A stretch of 64,000 bases of DNA, from the IMG/VR virus record IMGVR_UViG_3300011115_000708, positions 1 through 64,000 of that record. The stretch is one strand, 5' to 3'. Both the position numbers and the translations under genes were made by a program. This DNA comes from a virus. Below, in pieces: positions 40,547 to 49,240 of the stretch. Under the pieces are notes generated by a model. The model saw only the letters and a program-made list of their open reading frames with translations. It did no database searches and had not been told where the DNA came from. Within the stretch, counting starts at the first letter, position 1. The number at the start of each line of letters is the position of its first letter.

Positions 40547-41124
40547 GAATAAACCCAATACACGCGCAGCGTGACCTAGATAAAGTCAAGATGCAGTGGT
40601 GTAGGACTTGCAAGACTGATAAGCCTACATCGGCATTCTATAAGTGCCATCGCACCAAGTGCATGGACTGCAAGCGTGAGGAGAAACGACTGAAGCTACG
40701 CAACACAGTCAAAGACTTCTGTCACTCATGCAGCACATGGAAACCAGAGACATCGTTCGGAGTAAATACCCGAGGTGATGAGCGACTGAAGACCTGCAAG
40801 TCATGCACAAAGGCAAAGGATGATCGGATGCCAGCAAGCATTAGAGAGATCCAGATTAAGCCACTGCCGGTCATCTCTAAGGAGAATCGATGGCATCTGC
40901 ACCAAGGTACTGTGACGCTCTTCATCGTAGGCCCAGGAGAGTTCGCCATGCACAAGTGTTCCGAGCCAGTTTACCGAGGAAAAATTGGCACTCCCGAGGA
41001 GCGGGAGATTGCCAAGACCGCGATTGCCATGCTCAATGCCGACATCCAGAATAATCTTGACGCTGGGCCGGAAGCAATTCAAGAAACACTCATCAAGGCG
41101 AAAGCCAAACATCAAACAAAATGA
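40543..41124 (+). CDS. Zinc-finger protein
   Basis: Two CxxC..K....F.....CxxC units. Confidence 0.6.
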   Translation: MRINPIHAQRDLDKVKMQWCRTCKTDKPTSAFYKCHRTKCMDCKREEKRLKLRNTVKDFCHSCSTWKPETSFGVNTRGDERLKTCKSCTKAKDDRMPASIREIQIKPLPVISKENRWHLHQGTVTLFIVGPGEFAMHKCSEPVYRGKIGTPEEREIAKTAIAMLNADIQNNLDAGPEAIQETLIKAKAKHQTK

Positions 41125-42122
41125 CATGGATACTACCAAAGCAGTTACACACGTTAGCCTCTGTGCAGGGTACGGAGGCATTGATCTCGGACTCAACAGA
41201 GCAATCCCAAATTTACTCACAGTTGCTTTTAGTGAGATCGAAGCATTCGCCTGTGCAAACTTGGTCTCGAAAATGGAAGCGGGACTCATGGACTGCGCTC
41301 CTGTGTGGACGGATCTTAAAAACTTCCCATACGAGCAATTTCACGGACGAGTGGACATCCTTTCTGGGGGTTACCCATGTCAGCCATTCTCAGCAGCAGG
41401 GAAGCGAGCGGGAGCAGACGACCCAAGACACCTCTGGCCTTTTATCGCAGAAGGAATTCGACTTATGCGACCCAAGATGTGCTTCTTCGAGAATGTCGAA
41501 GGACACATTACGTTGGGACTCTCCAGCGTCATCAGCGACTTGGAAGAACTGGGTTACAAGGTGTCGTGGGGAGTATTCAGCGCGGCTGAATGCGGTGCGC
41601 CACACCAACGGAAGCGTGTCTTCATCTTGGCCTACTGCCAGCAGCAGGGATTGGAAGGATTCAGCGGGCATGGCAACCTCGTCAATCAACAAGGATGGAT
41701 CGGACAGGAACCGGATCGATCAACTGCCAAGGGCAGTATTTCACGATCATGGGAGGTCGTTAGTTGGGCAGCCGACTGCAATGAGGATGACGAATGCTCA
41801 ATCTGCGGACTTGAATACGCAGAAGAATGCCAATGCTTTGGCCCAACGCAAGACGGCATTGAGTATGAAGAATTCGATGGGGTCTTGTATGGGCGACCAG
41901 AACAATTCTGGCCGAGCAGACCAACTCAGCCACAATTTCCAGGAGAACCACCAAGAGTCAATCAAGCTCAATCCACGTTGGGTAGAGACATTGATGGGAC
42001 TTCCAGTAGGATGGACACTCCCGAGTTGTACACAACCTGTGACAATCGAACCGACGAGTTACGATTGCTTGGCAACGGAGTCGTGCCAGCAGTTACCGAG
42101 CGAGCATTTAGAACTCTTTTAA
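41121..42122 (+). CDS. C5 methyltransferase beta subunit in the overlapping frame (motif IX)
   Basis: 333-aa open alternate frame with WPTASSRDWKD and LNPRWVETLMGLPVGWT; ATG coupled to the upstream stop. Confidence 0.75.
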   Translation: MTWILPKQLHTLASVQGTEALISDSTEQSQIYSQLLLVRSKHSPVQTWSRKWKRDSWTALLCGRILKTSHTSNFTDEWTSFLGVTHVSHSQQQGSEREQTTQDTSGLLSQKEFDLCDPRCASSRMSKDTLRWDSPASSATWKNWVTRCRGEYSARLNAVRHTNGSVSSSWPTASSRDWKDSAGMATSSINKDGSDRNRIDQLPRAVFHDHGRSLVGQPTAMRMTNAQSADLNTQKNANALAQRKTALSMKNSMGSCMGDQNNSGRADQLSHNFQENHQESIKLNPRWVETLMGLPVGWTLPSCTQPVTIEPTSYDCLATESCQQLPSEHLELF

Positions 42123-42142
42123 CTGAACTACTCAATGACTGA
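41126..42142 (+). CDS. C5 cytosine methyltransferase, alpha subunit (motifs I-VIII and X)
   Basis: SLCAGYGG, GGYPCQPFS, FFENV, GAPHQRKRVF, LRLLGNGVVP. Confidence 0.92.
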   Translation: MDTTKAVTHVSLCAGYGGIDLGLNRAIPNLLTVAFSEIEAFACANLVSKMEAGLMDCAPVWTDLKNFPYEQFHGRVDILSGGYPCQPFSAAGKRAGADDPRHLWPFIAEGIRLMRPKMCFFENVEGHITLGLSSVISDLEELGYKVSWGVFSAAECGAPHQRKRVFILAYCQQQGLEGFSGHGNLVNQQGWIGQEPDRSTAKGSISRSWEVVSWAADCNEDDECSICGLEYAEECQCFGPTQDGIEYEEFDGVLYGRPEQFWPSRPTQPQFPGEPPRVNQAQSTLGRDIDGTSSRMDTPELYTTCDNRTDELRLLGNGVVPAVTERAFRTLLTELLND

Positions 42143-42416
42143 ATCACAACTAGAAAAGAAGGTCTGTGCATGGGCCAAGGACTGTGGCATCTCGACGCTA
42201 AAGCTCTCTGGGCCAAATGACCGAGGAAAAGCAGACCGGATGTTCATGAAGCATGGTAAGATCATGTTCTTGGAGTTCAAAGCAGCAGGTAAGAAACCAA
42301 CTGCACTTCAGCAACGATTCCTCAAGCAACGCGTGGACGATGGGTTCGTCGCTGGATGGACTGACGACTATGTTGAGGCAATCGACATCCTCTGCAAATT
42401 CTTCCTGTATGAGTGA
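42135..42416 (+). CDS. VRR-NUC nuclease
   Basis: ESQLEK, G.ADR, FLEFKAAGKKPTALQ. Confidence 0.85.
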   Translation: MTESQLEKKVCAWAKDCGISTLKLSGPNDRGKADRMFMKHGKIMFLEFKAAGKKPTALQQRFLKQRVDDGFVAGWTDDYVEAIDILCKFFLYE

Positions 42417-43758
42417 AGATTTCAAACCATTCCCATACCAACCTGCGATGGTCGATTGGTGTGTCGATAATTCATCCTCGGCATTGTTCGTATCTCCAGG
42501 CAAGGGCAAGACAGTCTGCACACTCGCGGCGATCGACCGATTGATGCGGTCTGGCGAAAGCCGAGGTGCGCTCATCATCGCCCCGCTGCGCGTCTGCTCG
42601 ATTACTTGGCCAAACCAAGTCGAGCGTTGGAACCACTCAAAACGGTTCCGCGTTGCCCACCTGCGGACGAAAGAAGGGATGCAAGCATGGCAAGATGGGT
42701 CTGCTGATATCTACCTCATCAACTCCGAGCAACTGATCGCCAAAGCACCGATCCTGTTCAAGGGCAAGGTGCTGCCAGTAGACACTTTGGTCATCGACGA
42801 GTTAAGCCTCGCCAAGAACCCAACTAGCAAGCGGTTCAAGACGCTGCGGAAGTACCTGCCGATGTTCAAGCAGAGAATCGGGTTGACCGGCACTCCTGTG
42901 CCGAACAATTATCTCGACCTGTACGGACAGATCCGTCTGCTCGATGACGGCAAGCGACTCGGAAAGTCATTTTCTGAGTACAAGAGTAAGTTCTTTTACC
43001 CTGCGGACTATATGGGCTATACCTTCAAACTTAGCCCAGGAGCGAAGGAGGAGATCGATGCGCTCCTCAGCGACCTCTGCTTGGTCATCATTGGCGACGA
43101 GAGCGACCTTCCAGCATCCTCGGTGGTCGATGTGCCAGTAACCCTCCCAACAGACGCTAGGAAGGCGTACAGGACGCTTGAGAAGGAGTTGTTGATCGAG
43201 ATCAAGGACAAGGAGGTTGTCGCCCTCACAGCAGCAACCTTGTGCAACAAACTGCTCCAGATCACCGGAGGCGCGGTCTACGACGACGAGAAATCGGTCG
43301 TGCCTATCCACACTGCCAAGATCGAGGTACTGCGGAAGATCCGCAAGCAGCACAAGGACGAGCCGATCCTCGTCTTGACTGCGTTCAAGCATGAGTCTGC
43401 TCGGATCTTGGCTGAGATCGAAGGAGCCGAGATGTTCGATGAACGCCGGTTGCAGGACTGGCAGGATGGCAAGATCAAGACATGGGTGGCAGACCCTCGT
43501 AGTTTGTCACATGGGATCGATGGACTCCAGAAGTCCGGAAGGATAGCAGTCTGGTTTACGCTGACGTACTCCAACGAGACGTACATCCAGACCAATGCTC
43601 GATTGATCCGTACTGGTCAGTCTGCTGAGACGCTGATCTACCGGCTAACCGCGACCAACACGATCGACGATGCAGTAGCCGAGGCACTGCGGGAGAAGAC
43701 CAACACGCAGAGCGGTCTGATGAGTGCGCTCAAGGCACTCCAGACGATGCAGGGATAA
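42409..43758 (+). CDS. SNF2-family helicase
   Basis: PFPYQ, PGKGKT, VIDELS, LTGTP, HGIDGLQ, QTNARLIRTGQ. Confidence 0.9.
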   Translation: MSEDFKPFPYQPAMVDWCVDNSSSALFVSPGKGKTVCTLAAIDRLMRSGESRGALIIAPLRVCSITWPNQVERWNHSKRFRVAHLRTKEGMQAWQDGSADIYLINSEQLIAKAPILFKGKVLPVDTLVIDELSLAKNPTSKRFKTLRKYLPMFKQRIGLTGTPVPNNYLDLYGQIRLLDDGKRLGKSFSEYKSKFFYPADYMGYTFKLSPGAKEEIDALLSDLCLVIIGDESDLPASSVVDVPVTLPTDARKAYRTLEKELLIEIKDKEVVALTAATLCNKLLQITGGAVYDDEKSVVPIHTAKIEVLRKIRKQHKDEPILVLTAFKHESARILAEIEGAEMFDERRLQDWQDGKIKTWVADPRSLSHGIDGLQKSGRIAVWFTLTYSNETYIQTNARLIRTGQSAETLIYRLTATNTIDDAVAEALREKTNTQSGLMSALKALQTMQG

Positions 43759-43818
43759 AAGGCTGAGATCGCCCTAAGACGATCTCGAAAGCTCATTTCA
43801 CACATGGTGGATGAGCAG

Positions 43819-43906
43819 AAAAAATGCAGGGGCAGTCACCTATCACCCGATAGAACCACCCCTGCACCCATGAACATGAAACAAGAAACAGAAACGCTAG
43901 TCTCCA
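43819..43906 (-). ncRNA. Candidate small RNA between convergent operons
   Basis: TTGACA-N16-TATCTT promoter (43913-43940), U-rich body, TGCAGGGG/CCCCTGCA stem followed by U6. Confidence 0.45.
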
Positions 43907-43941
43907 AAACGGAAGATACTCGGATCTAGCCTCTTGTCAAC

Positions 43942-44415
43942 TTAAACAGTAAAGCGGATCACCGAGCGGATCTTGCTCGCATCCCTGCGCTTCCTGTAGA
44001 CTCCATCTCCCTCTCTATCACCACCAGAGTTAGTGTTGCCTTCCACGGTCTGAACCATGCCGTTCTTGTCGATGTCGGCAACGCAAATTCCTATGTGCGA
44101 GAAGGTAAATACGACGATGTCTCCTCTGCGGATGTCGTTCTTGTGGGGCTTATGCAACTTGACCGAATCATCGACCGATAAGCACCATTTCTCGAAATCC
44201 CATGCTCCAGCAGTCTCTGGGCGCGGGAACGTGTATTTCTCGCCACCGAGAGAATGCTCTACGCACCAGCATACGAATGCGGCACACCATGCCCAAGGCC
44301 CAGAAGGCAACCATGTCGAGCGTTGGTATTCCTCGATCTTGGCCCCGCCATTGGTTTTCGTCTCACGCACACCCACCTGCGATTCCGCGGTCTTCGCTAG
44401 TTGTTCAGCAATCAT
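43942..44415 (-). CDS. Endolysin, CHAP domain (module B)
   Basis: AESQVGVRE, AWCAAFVCW, SHIGI, TVEGNTN. Confidence 0.9.
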   Translation of the reverse strand: MIAEQLAKTAESQVGVRETKTNGGAKIEEYQRSTWLPSGPWAWCAAFVCWCVEHSLGGEKYTFPRPETAGAWDFEKWCLSVDDSVKLHKPHKNDIRRGDIVVFTFSHIGICVADIDKNGMVQTVEGNTNSGGDREGDGVYRKRRDASKIRSVIRFTV

Positions 44416-44642
44416 GCCTTTCGGTAAAGGTTGGCAAGACTACCGTCAATCGAAATTTTCCGTTTAGTGAGCATTCCCTGCGCGACAAGACGAGCAAGTT
44501 GCTGCTGTGCCGTATGTCTGTTAATCCGAGTTTTGACGATGTACTCAGCAAGTGTGAACTCATCATCCATCCTGTCATGGCTGATGTGCTGAGAGATTGC
44601 AAACTCAAGGCTGGATAATGCTTTTTGCGTTTTAGTTTTCAT
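44412..44642 (-). CDS. Small winged-helix protein
   Basis: EFTLAEY...RHTAQQQLARLVAQGMLTKR. Confidence 0.55.
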   Translation of the reverse strand: MKTKTQKALSSLEFAISQHISHDRMDDEFTLAEYIVKTRINRHTAQQQLARLVAQGMLTKRKISIDGSLANLYRKA

Positions 44643-44733
44643 ATGTCAATGTTTTGGCGATTTGTTTACACGTCTGTAATAACGTATAAAGAATTGGACG
44701 AAAAGTGGGTGTATTCGGGTATTGTATCACACG

Positions 44734-45465
44734 TTACAGAACTCCCATCGGAGAGATCCATTGTCCACCCTCATTGATGACGTGCCAGGCGTTCCACTGT
44801 CCGGTCTTGCTGTTGATCATTCCGTACAACCATCCTTGTCGCCACGCGAGTTTGGCAGGAGTTCGATCTGCATAGGTCATCAAGTCGATGTCAGCAAGGC
44901 ATCCTACCGAGTATGATGCTTGACCGTCAATGTGTCTGGCAATATATGTATCTGGACGGTGACAATGACCGCAAATGTTCGGCCCCCAATTATCATGGTG
45001 TGATCGAGAAGGAGATACCGTAGCGCGGAACCCATGAATGAGTTTCGGGCCGCCCTCGGGCATCTGGAGATACTTGGAGACGTGGTACGGAACCCACTTG
45101 ATCTTGAGCTTGCGGAACTCTTGCTCTGCTGCCTCCGCGAGGTTAGCGCAATGCTCACGCAAGATGCCGTCGGAACAATGAGTAGAGTGCAGCCATATCC
45201 TGTCATCATGATTTCCCAAAGTAAGGAATCCTGGCCGATACTCGGACAAGAACTGCATACCTGCATTGAAGTCCTCGGAGATTCCAAGTGCCTTCTCCTC
45301 GACCGAGCATCCTCGCCTCAGACTAGGAGCGTCGATGAAGTCACCGAGGTGAATCCGGTGATGCGGTTTCCATTCGGCAACGAAGTCGAAGAACTTCTTC
45401 TTTGCGCTCTCGCACACTAGGTTTCCATGCGAGTCACCGCAGACAACGAATTTTTTCCAACTCAT
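44734..45465 (-). CDS. Calcineurin-like metallophosphoesterase
   Basis: GDSHG, LGDFID, GNHD, IHG, GHCH. Confidence 0.9.
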   Translation of the reverse strand: MSWKKFVVCGDSHGNLVCESAKKKFFDFVAEWKPHHRIHLGDFIDAPSLRRGCSVEEKALGISEDFNAGMQFLSEYRPGFLTLGNHDDRIWLHSTHCSDGILREHCANLAEAAEQEFRKLKIKWVPYHVSKYLQMPEGGPKLIHGFRATVSPSRSHHDNWGPNICGHCHRPDTYIARHIDGQASYSVGCLADIDLMTYADRTPAKLAWRQGWLYGMINSKTGQWNAWHVINEGGQWISPMGVL

Positions 45466-45764
45466 GATTTACTGATTTTGTTCATTAACGTATCTAACGC
45501 GGGAAAGAAAATGTTCTCGATTGAACGAACGATTGGTTCCTCTTCGATCCGTTCAGACCATGAATGCCCTGCTACAGCTAGTGATGCGTGTAGCATCTCA
45601 TGCCTAATCGTGTCAAGGAGCATCTTGTCGCTCTTTAGGCACTCGCGGGAGATTCTGATCTCCTTATCGTCGAACGACATCTCACCATAGTCGTCCATCT
45701 TCTTGATGACGATACGGAATCGAATCCCACCTATACAGATGGATCTTGGTGGCTTGAATGCCAC
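45462..45764 (-). CDS. Small HExxH zincin-like protein
   Basis: DTIRHEMLHA...EE. Confidence 0.7.
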   Translation of the reverse strand: MAFKPPRSICIGGIRFRIVIKKMDDYGEMSFDDKEIRISRECLKSDKMLLDTIRHEMLHASLAVAGHSWSERIEEEPIVRSIENIFFPALDTLMNKISKS

Positions 45765-45765
45765 A

Positions 45766-45927
45766 TCAGTCCTTCTTAAAGGCGTTGATCAAGCCAACGA
45801 GTGCAGTACCACCGGCAATGATCGCAGCAGCCTGTGCAGGTTGAAGGATGATGCCGAACGCAGTGGTGATCTGGATAAGTCCGCGCCATGTGGACTCCAT
45901 TTTCAAGTAATCGATCAAGGTCTTCAT
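45766..45927 (-). CDS. Holin (module B; not in ORF track)
   Basis: MKTLIDYLKMESTWRGLIQITTAFGIILQPAQAAAIIAGGTALVGLINAFKKD, homologous to 28321-28485. Confidence 0.8.
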   Translation of the reverse strand: MKTLIDYLKMESTWRGLIQITTAFGIILQPAQAAAIIAGGTALVGLINAFKKD

Positions 45928-46112
45928 TATTTTAGGTTCTTACGAATGATTGATGCGGCTGAGAGAACTGAGACAAGGATACCTGCAACAAGAGCAACGG
46001 TCTGCAACCAAGGGTTGAGATCGCCTGGGAGAGTTGCGACAATGCTGGCAAGCGGTGCTGATACACCAACGATTCCTTTGCCGGCGAGTGGCAGATGATC
46101 AAATGGATTCAT
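45927..46112 (-). CDS. Small lysis-associated membrane protein
   Basis: 61 aa, two hydrophobic segments, basic tail. Confidence 0.6.
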   Translation of the reverse strand: MNPFDHLPLAGKGIVGVSAPLASIVATLPGDLNPWLQTVALVAGILVSVLSAASIIRKNLK

Positions 46113-46419
46113 CAGCAGGTTGAACGAGTTCGACAACTGGCGCGACGTACAGCACACTGCCATCCGGTTGCGGTTGGTAGATACTCAGATCAAACGCAGG
46201 AGCGGTGTGGTCGAGCTTGGCTACGGTGAGCGCAGCGTGGAACGCAGAATAAGCGGTGAGTGCAGCAACCGCGTTCTTACCGAACACCTCCAGCACCGCT
46301 GGATCAGCAGCGAGCGAATGCAGGTGTTTGAGTCGAGCTTCAACGAACGAGATCGTGTCGGCAGTTACCTGCTCGATCTCAGCGGCAGCGCGGAAGGCGG
46401 GAGTGATTGAGGTGTACAT
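46099..46419 (-). CDS. Hypothetical protein downstream of tail fibre
   Basis: 106-aa co-oriented ORF. Confidence 0.55.
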   Translation of the reverse strand: MYTSITPAFRAAAEIEQVTADTISFVEARLKHLHSLAADPAVLEVFGKNAVAALTAYSAFHAALTVAKLDHTAPAFDLSIYQPQPDGSVLYVAPVVELVQPADESI

Positions 46420-46428
46420 GAGTGTTAA

Positions 46429-48852
46429 TTATACTGGTTGGACAAAACGGATATTTGCCACCATATAGGCAAATGAAGCAAGTGGAGATGAGACATTGTT
46501 AATTGCTGCTCGCATACACGCACCAGATCTAACATTAAGATTGTTATGAAGTCGATTGATTCCAGTAATGGATAATACTACCGTACCACCAATCGACAAT
46601 TCACAACCGTAAGTAGATCCGCTAACCGTATTACGCAACTGGATATCATAAGCTTGTCCAGCAGTTATTTCAACAGCAGTAGAAGAAATTTTTGAAAATG
46701 CTCCATTTGAGGTAAATGCACCGTTGCCTGTTGACCCTACTAGATTAAAAGTCGTTGAAGTAACACCAGCAACTTCAAAAATTCCGTTTGCAGCAGTGTT
46801 ACCACCTACGTTTACAACCTCAACAAAGTCACCATTTGCTAATCCGTGTGACGAGCAAGTGATTTGAATTGGAGATGCGTTTGTCGCTCCAGTAATAAAG
46901 TTTGACTCATAACCCGCTCTTACTTTACCAATTACTCGCGCTTGATAAATTGTTGTGCTGCCAGATTTTTTGTTGAGCCGTATTCCAAAACCATTGCATC
47001 CAAATGCGGGAACAGTTAATCCACCAGCAAAAAGCTCTCCTACCGCAATGCGAAGAATATCATCTTCCGCAGTGCTACGAGCAAGTATTAGCTTGAAGTA
47101 TACAGACCAAGGAATCGAGAAATCAATAATAGTTCCATTTCCAGTTTCGGGAAAGTAGGTATAACTTTTGCCAGTCTCAACGATTGAAGGAGTCTGGATT
47201 ATAATTCCGTACTGACTGCCAGCAGTAGTTCCTGCTGCGTATCCAACGACGTAAGTCGGCCCCGTATAACTTCCAATACCAATACCGTTTACCGCTGTGC
47301 TTATTGCAGAAGGTGTGGAGGTAACAGGAAACTCTGCGATTGTTTTGTATCGAGCATCCCCATCATTGCGGTTAATCAGATCAGTTGCTCCTGCTGTGCC
47401 AGTTACATTTACTGCTGTTGGGCGAGCGGTGTTCGTAAACGCTGCGGTTCCAGCAAATGTCTGGTTGCCAGAGAACGACTGGTTATTGGAGAGTGTTGCA
47501 GTCTGGCGAGTAGTGCCGTTGATCTGCACAAACGATCCAGCAGTTGTAGTCCATACATCTCCATTTACAGGCGATGTTGGTGCTGCGCCGTGCGGCAGCT
47601 TTAAGTTGGCAGTAGTAGTAGTTGATGCAACAGTTGCCAGTATTCCACCAACATTCAAATTTTTTGTGATATAAGCTCCACCAGTCATCCGCAATGCGCC
47701 ACTTGAAAATGACGTTGATTGCTCTGGATTACTGAGCGAAACTATTTGGTTGAATGTCTGATCAGCAGTAAATGTCTGCGATTGATTGCTTAGAGCAATA
47801 GTTCCAGTTGCCCATGACGGAAATGAATATGAATAAGTACTTCCAATCGAATTAGAGAAATTGATTGATCTGTTTATGTTTAGCTCAATACTACCAGCAG
47901 TAGTTCCGATAGAGAAACTTCCACCAGCAACTCCACCTTCAGCAAATTCATCAAGTATTTGATCGTAAAGATTCAAATTTGATGCGCTAACATTTGTTGC
48001 TGATACATCTACTGCATTTACAGTATTAAAAGATGAATCGCCCAAATGATTTCTCAGTACTATAGTATCAATAGTTGCAGCAGAAGCAGCATCCGTAATA
48101 TCTGTACTGACAAGATAACGATTTTCCCACAGGGTAGCTCCACGCATCAATGCTTGTCCTTCAAGCGGAGTGGTGATGTCCACATCAGAAAGCTCGGTAA
48201 GCTCAAATCCATTCTGCACATGGACGTTAAGCTCAACGATCGTGTTGCCATTGATTCGGGTAATCACACCGAGATAGACTTGGTGGTAGGGAGCAGATGG
48301 TTTATTCGCCAATCCAAACAGCAGTCCACCAGCAGTAGTTGGTGAGAGCCAGATCGGATCTCCCTCGACGATGCCTGTTGGCTTAGAGATGCTCACCGTC
48401 AATCGACCCTCGGTTACAACGTAGCCGAACGCATTGTTGGCAAGTGTGGAGACGTTGATGCCGATCGTCTTGCTTGATGTCGCCTCAACGTCTGCCTTGG
48501 CGAGACCAATGATGATATTGGCTCCAGACGCTCCAGTGACGTATACAGCTTGTCCAGCAGCGATTGATTGTCCTGCCTTGGCGTAAAGCTCGAGACCAGT
48601 TGCCTTGCCTTCCACATGAGGTGCTGTGACCGTGCCAGTGAAGATTGGCGATGCGAGGTTGGCTTTTAGGTCAAGCGCAGTCTGGAGGTCGGTCTGGCTC
48701 GACAACGTGCCGGTAATCGATCCCCATGTATTGATGCCAGCAGCACCGGTTGGGCCTTGATTGATATAGACGATCGTTGGTTGATTGCCACCACCGATCA
48801 AGACCGAGGTAGGCCCAGAGAACGCTTCGATCTCAACAGTTTGAAGACTCAT
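46429..48852 (-). CDS. Tail fibre / receptor-binding protein
   Basis: WGSITGTLSSQTDLQTAL, GFELTELSDV, SSGALRMTGG, ITGATNASP...HGLANGD modules. Confidence 0.8.
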   Translation of the reverse strand: MSLQTVEIEAFSGPTSVLIGGGNQPTIVYINQGPTGAAGINTWGSITGTLSSQTDLQTALDLKANLASPIFTGTVTAPHVEGKATGLELYAKAGQSIAAGQAVYVTGASGANIIIGLAKADVEATSSKTIGINVSTLANNAFGYVVTEGRLTVSISKPTGIVEGDPIWLSPTTAGGLLFGLANKPSAPYHQVYLGVITRINGNTIVELNVHVQNGFELTELSDVDITTPLEGQALMRGATLWENRYLVSTDITDAASAATIDTIVLRNHLGDSSFNTVNAVDVSATNVSASNLNLYDQILDEFAEGGVAGGSFSIGTTAGSIELNINRSINFSNSIGSTYSYSFPSWATGTIALSNQSQTFTADQTFNQIVSLSNPEQSTSFSSGALRMTGGAYITKNLNVGGILATVASTTTTANLKLPHGAAPTSPVNGDVWTTTAGSFVQINGTTRQTATLSNNQSFSGNQTFAGTAAFTNTARPTAVNVTGTAGATDLINRNDGDARYKTIAEFPVTSTPSAISTAVNGIGIGSYTGPTYVVGYAAGTTAGSQYGIIIQTPSIVETGKSYTYFPETGNGTIIDFSIPWSVYFKLILARSTAEDDILRIAVGELFAGGLTVPAFGCNGFGIRLNKKSGSTTIYQARVIGKVRAGYESNFITGATNASPIQITCSSHGLANGDFVEVVNVGGNTAANGIFEVAGVTSTTFNLVGSTGNGAFTSNGAFSKISSTAVEITAGQAYDIQLRNTVSGSTYGCELSIGGTVVLSITGINRLHNNLNVRSGACMRAAINNVSSPLASFAYMVANIRFVQPV

Positions 48853-49187
48853 GCTGGTCGTGTTACGAGTTTGCGGAATTTAGCAGTGCCTCCTGCAATG
48901 AAGATCACGTTGCCGGTTGGAGTGTCGAGGACAACGTCCCAGTAGTAAGTGCCAGGATCGACCGCGAGAGTCTGCTCATCGGTCTTGCTTACCAAGATCA
49001 CTCCGTTGTCCGGTGTTGGGATTGTCGGTGACAGGTCGAGGGTGACCGTGGACGAGGTAACGCTAGAACGGATCTGACCTCGGGCTGAGTAGCCGGTCAG
49101 CGGGAATGCCGCTCCTGTTTCGTCCTTGCATGAGAACGTCATTGTGAGCGTCTCTCCGCTGTAAAAGTCAAGATTCGTCCCCGCCAT
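48849..49187 (-). CDS. Tail-fibre adaptor-like protein
   Basis: PLTGYSARGQIR, GTYYWDVVL. Confidence 0.6.
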   Translation of the reverse strand: MAGTNLDFYSGETLTMTFSCKDETGAAFPLTGYSARGQIRSSVTSSTVTLDLSPTIPTPDNGVILVSKTDEQTLAVDPGTYYWDVVLDTPTGNVIFIAGGTAKFRKLVTRPA

Positions 49188-49240
49188 GACGCATCGTTAT
49201 CGTAAAGGAACCTAGATTGCAAGGGAGACGAGGATCGTCT

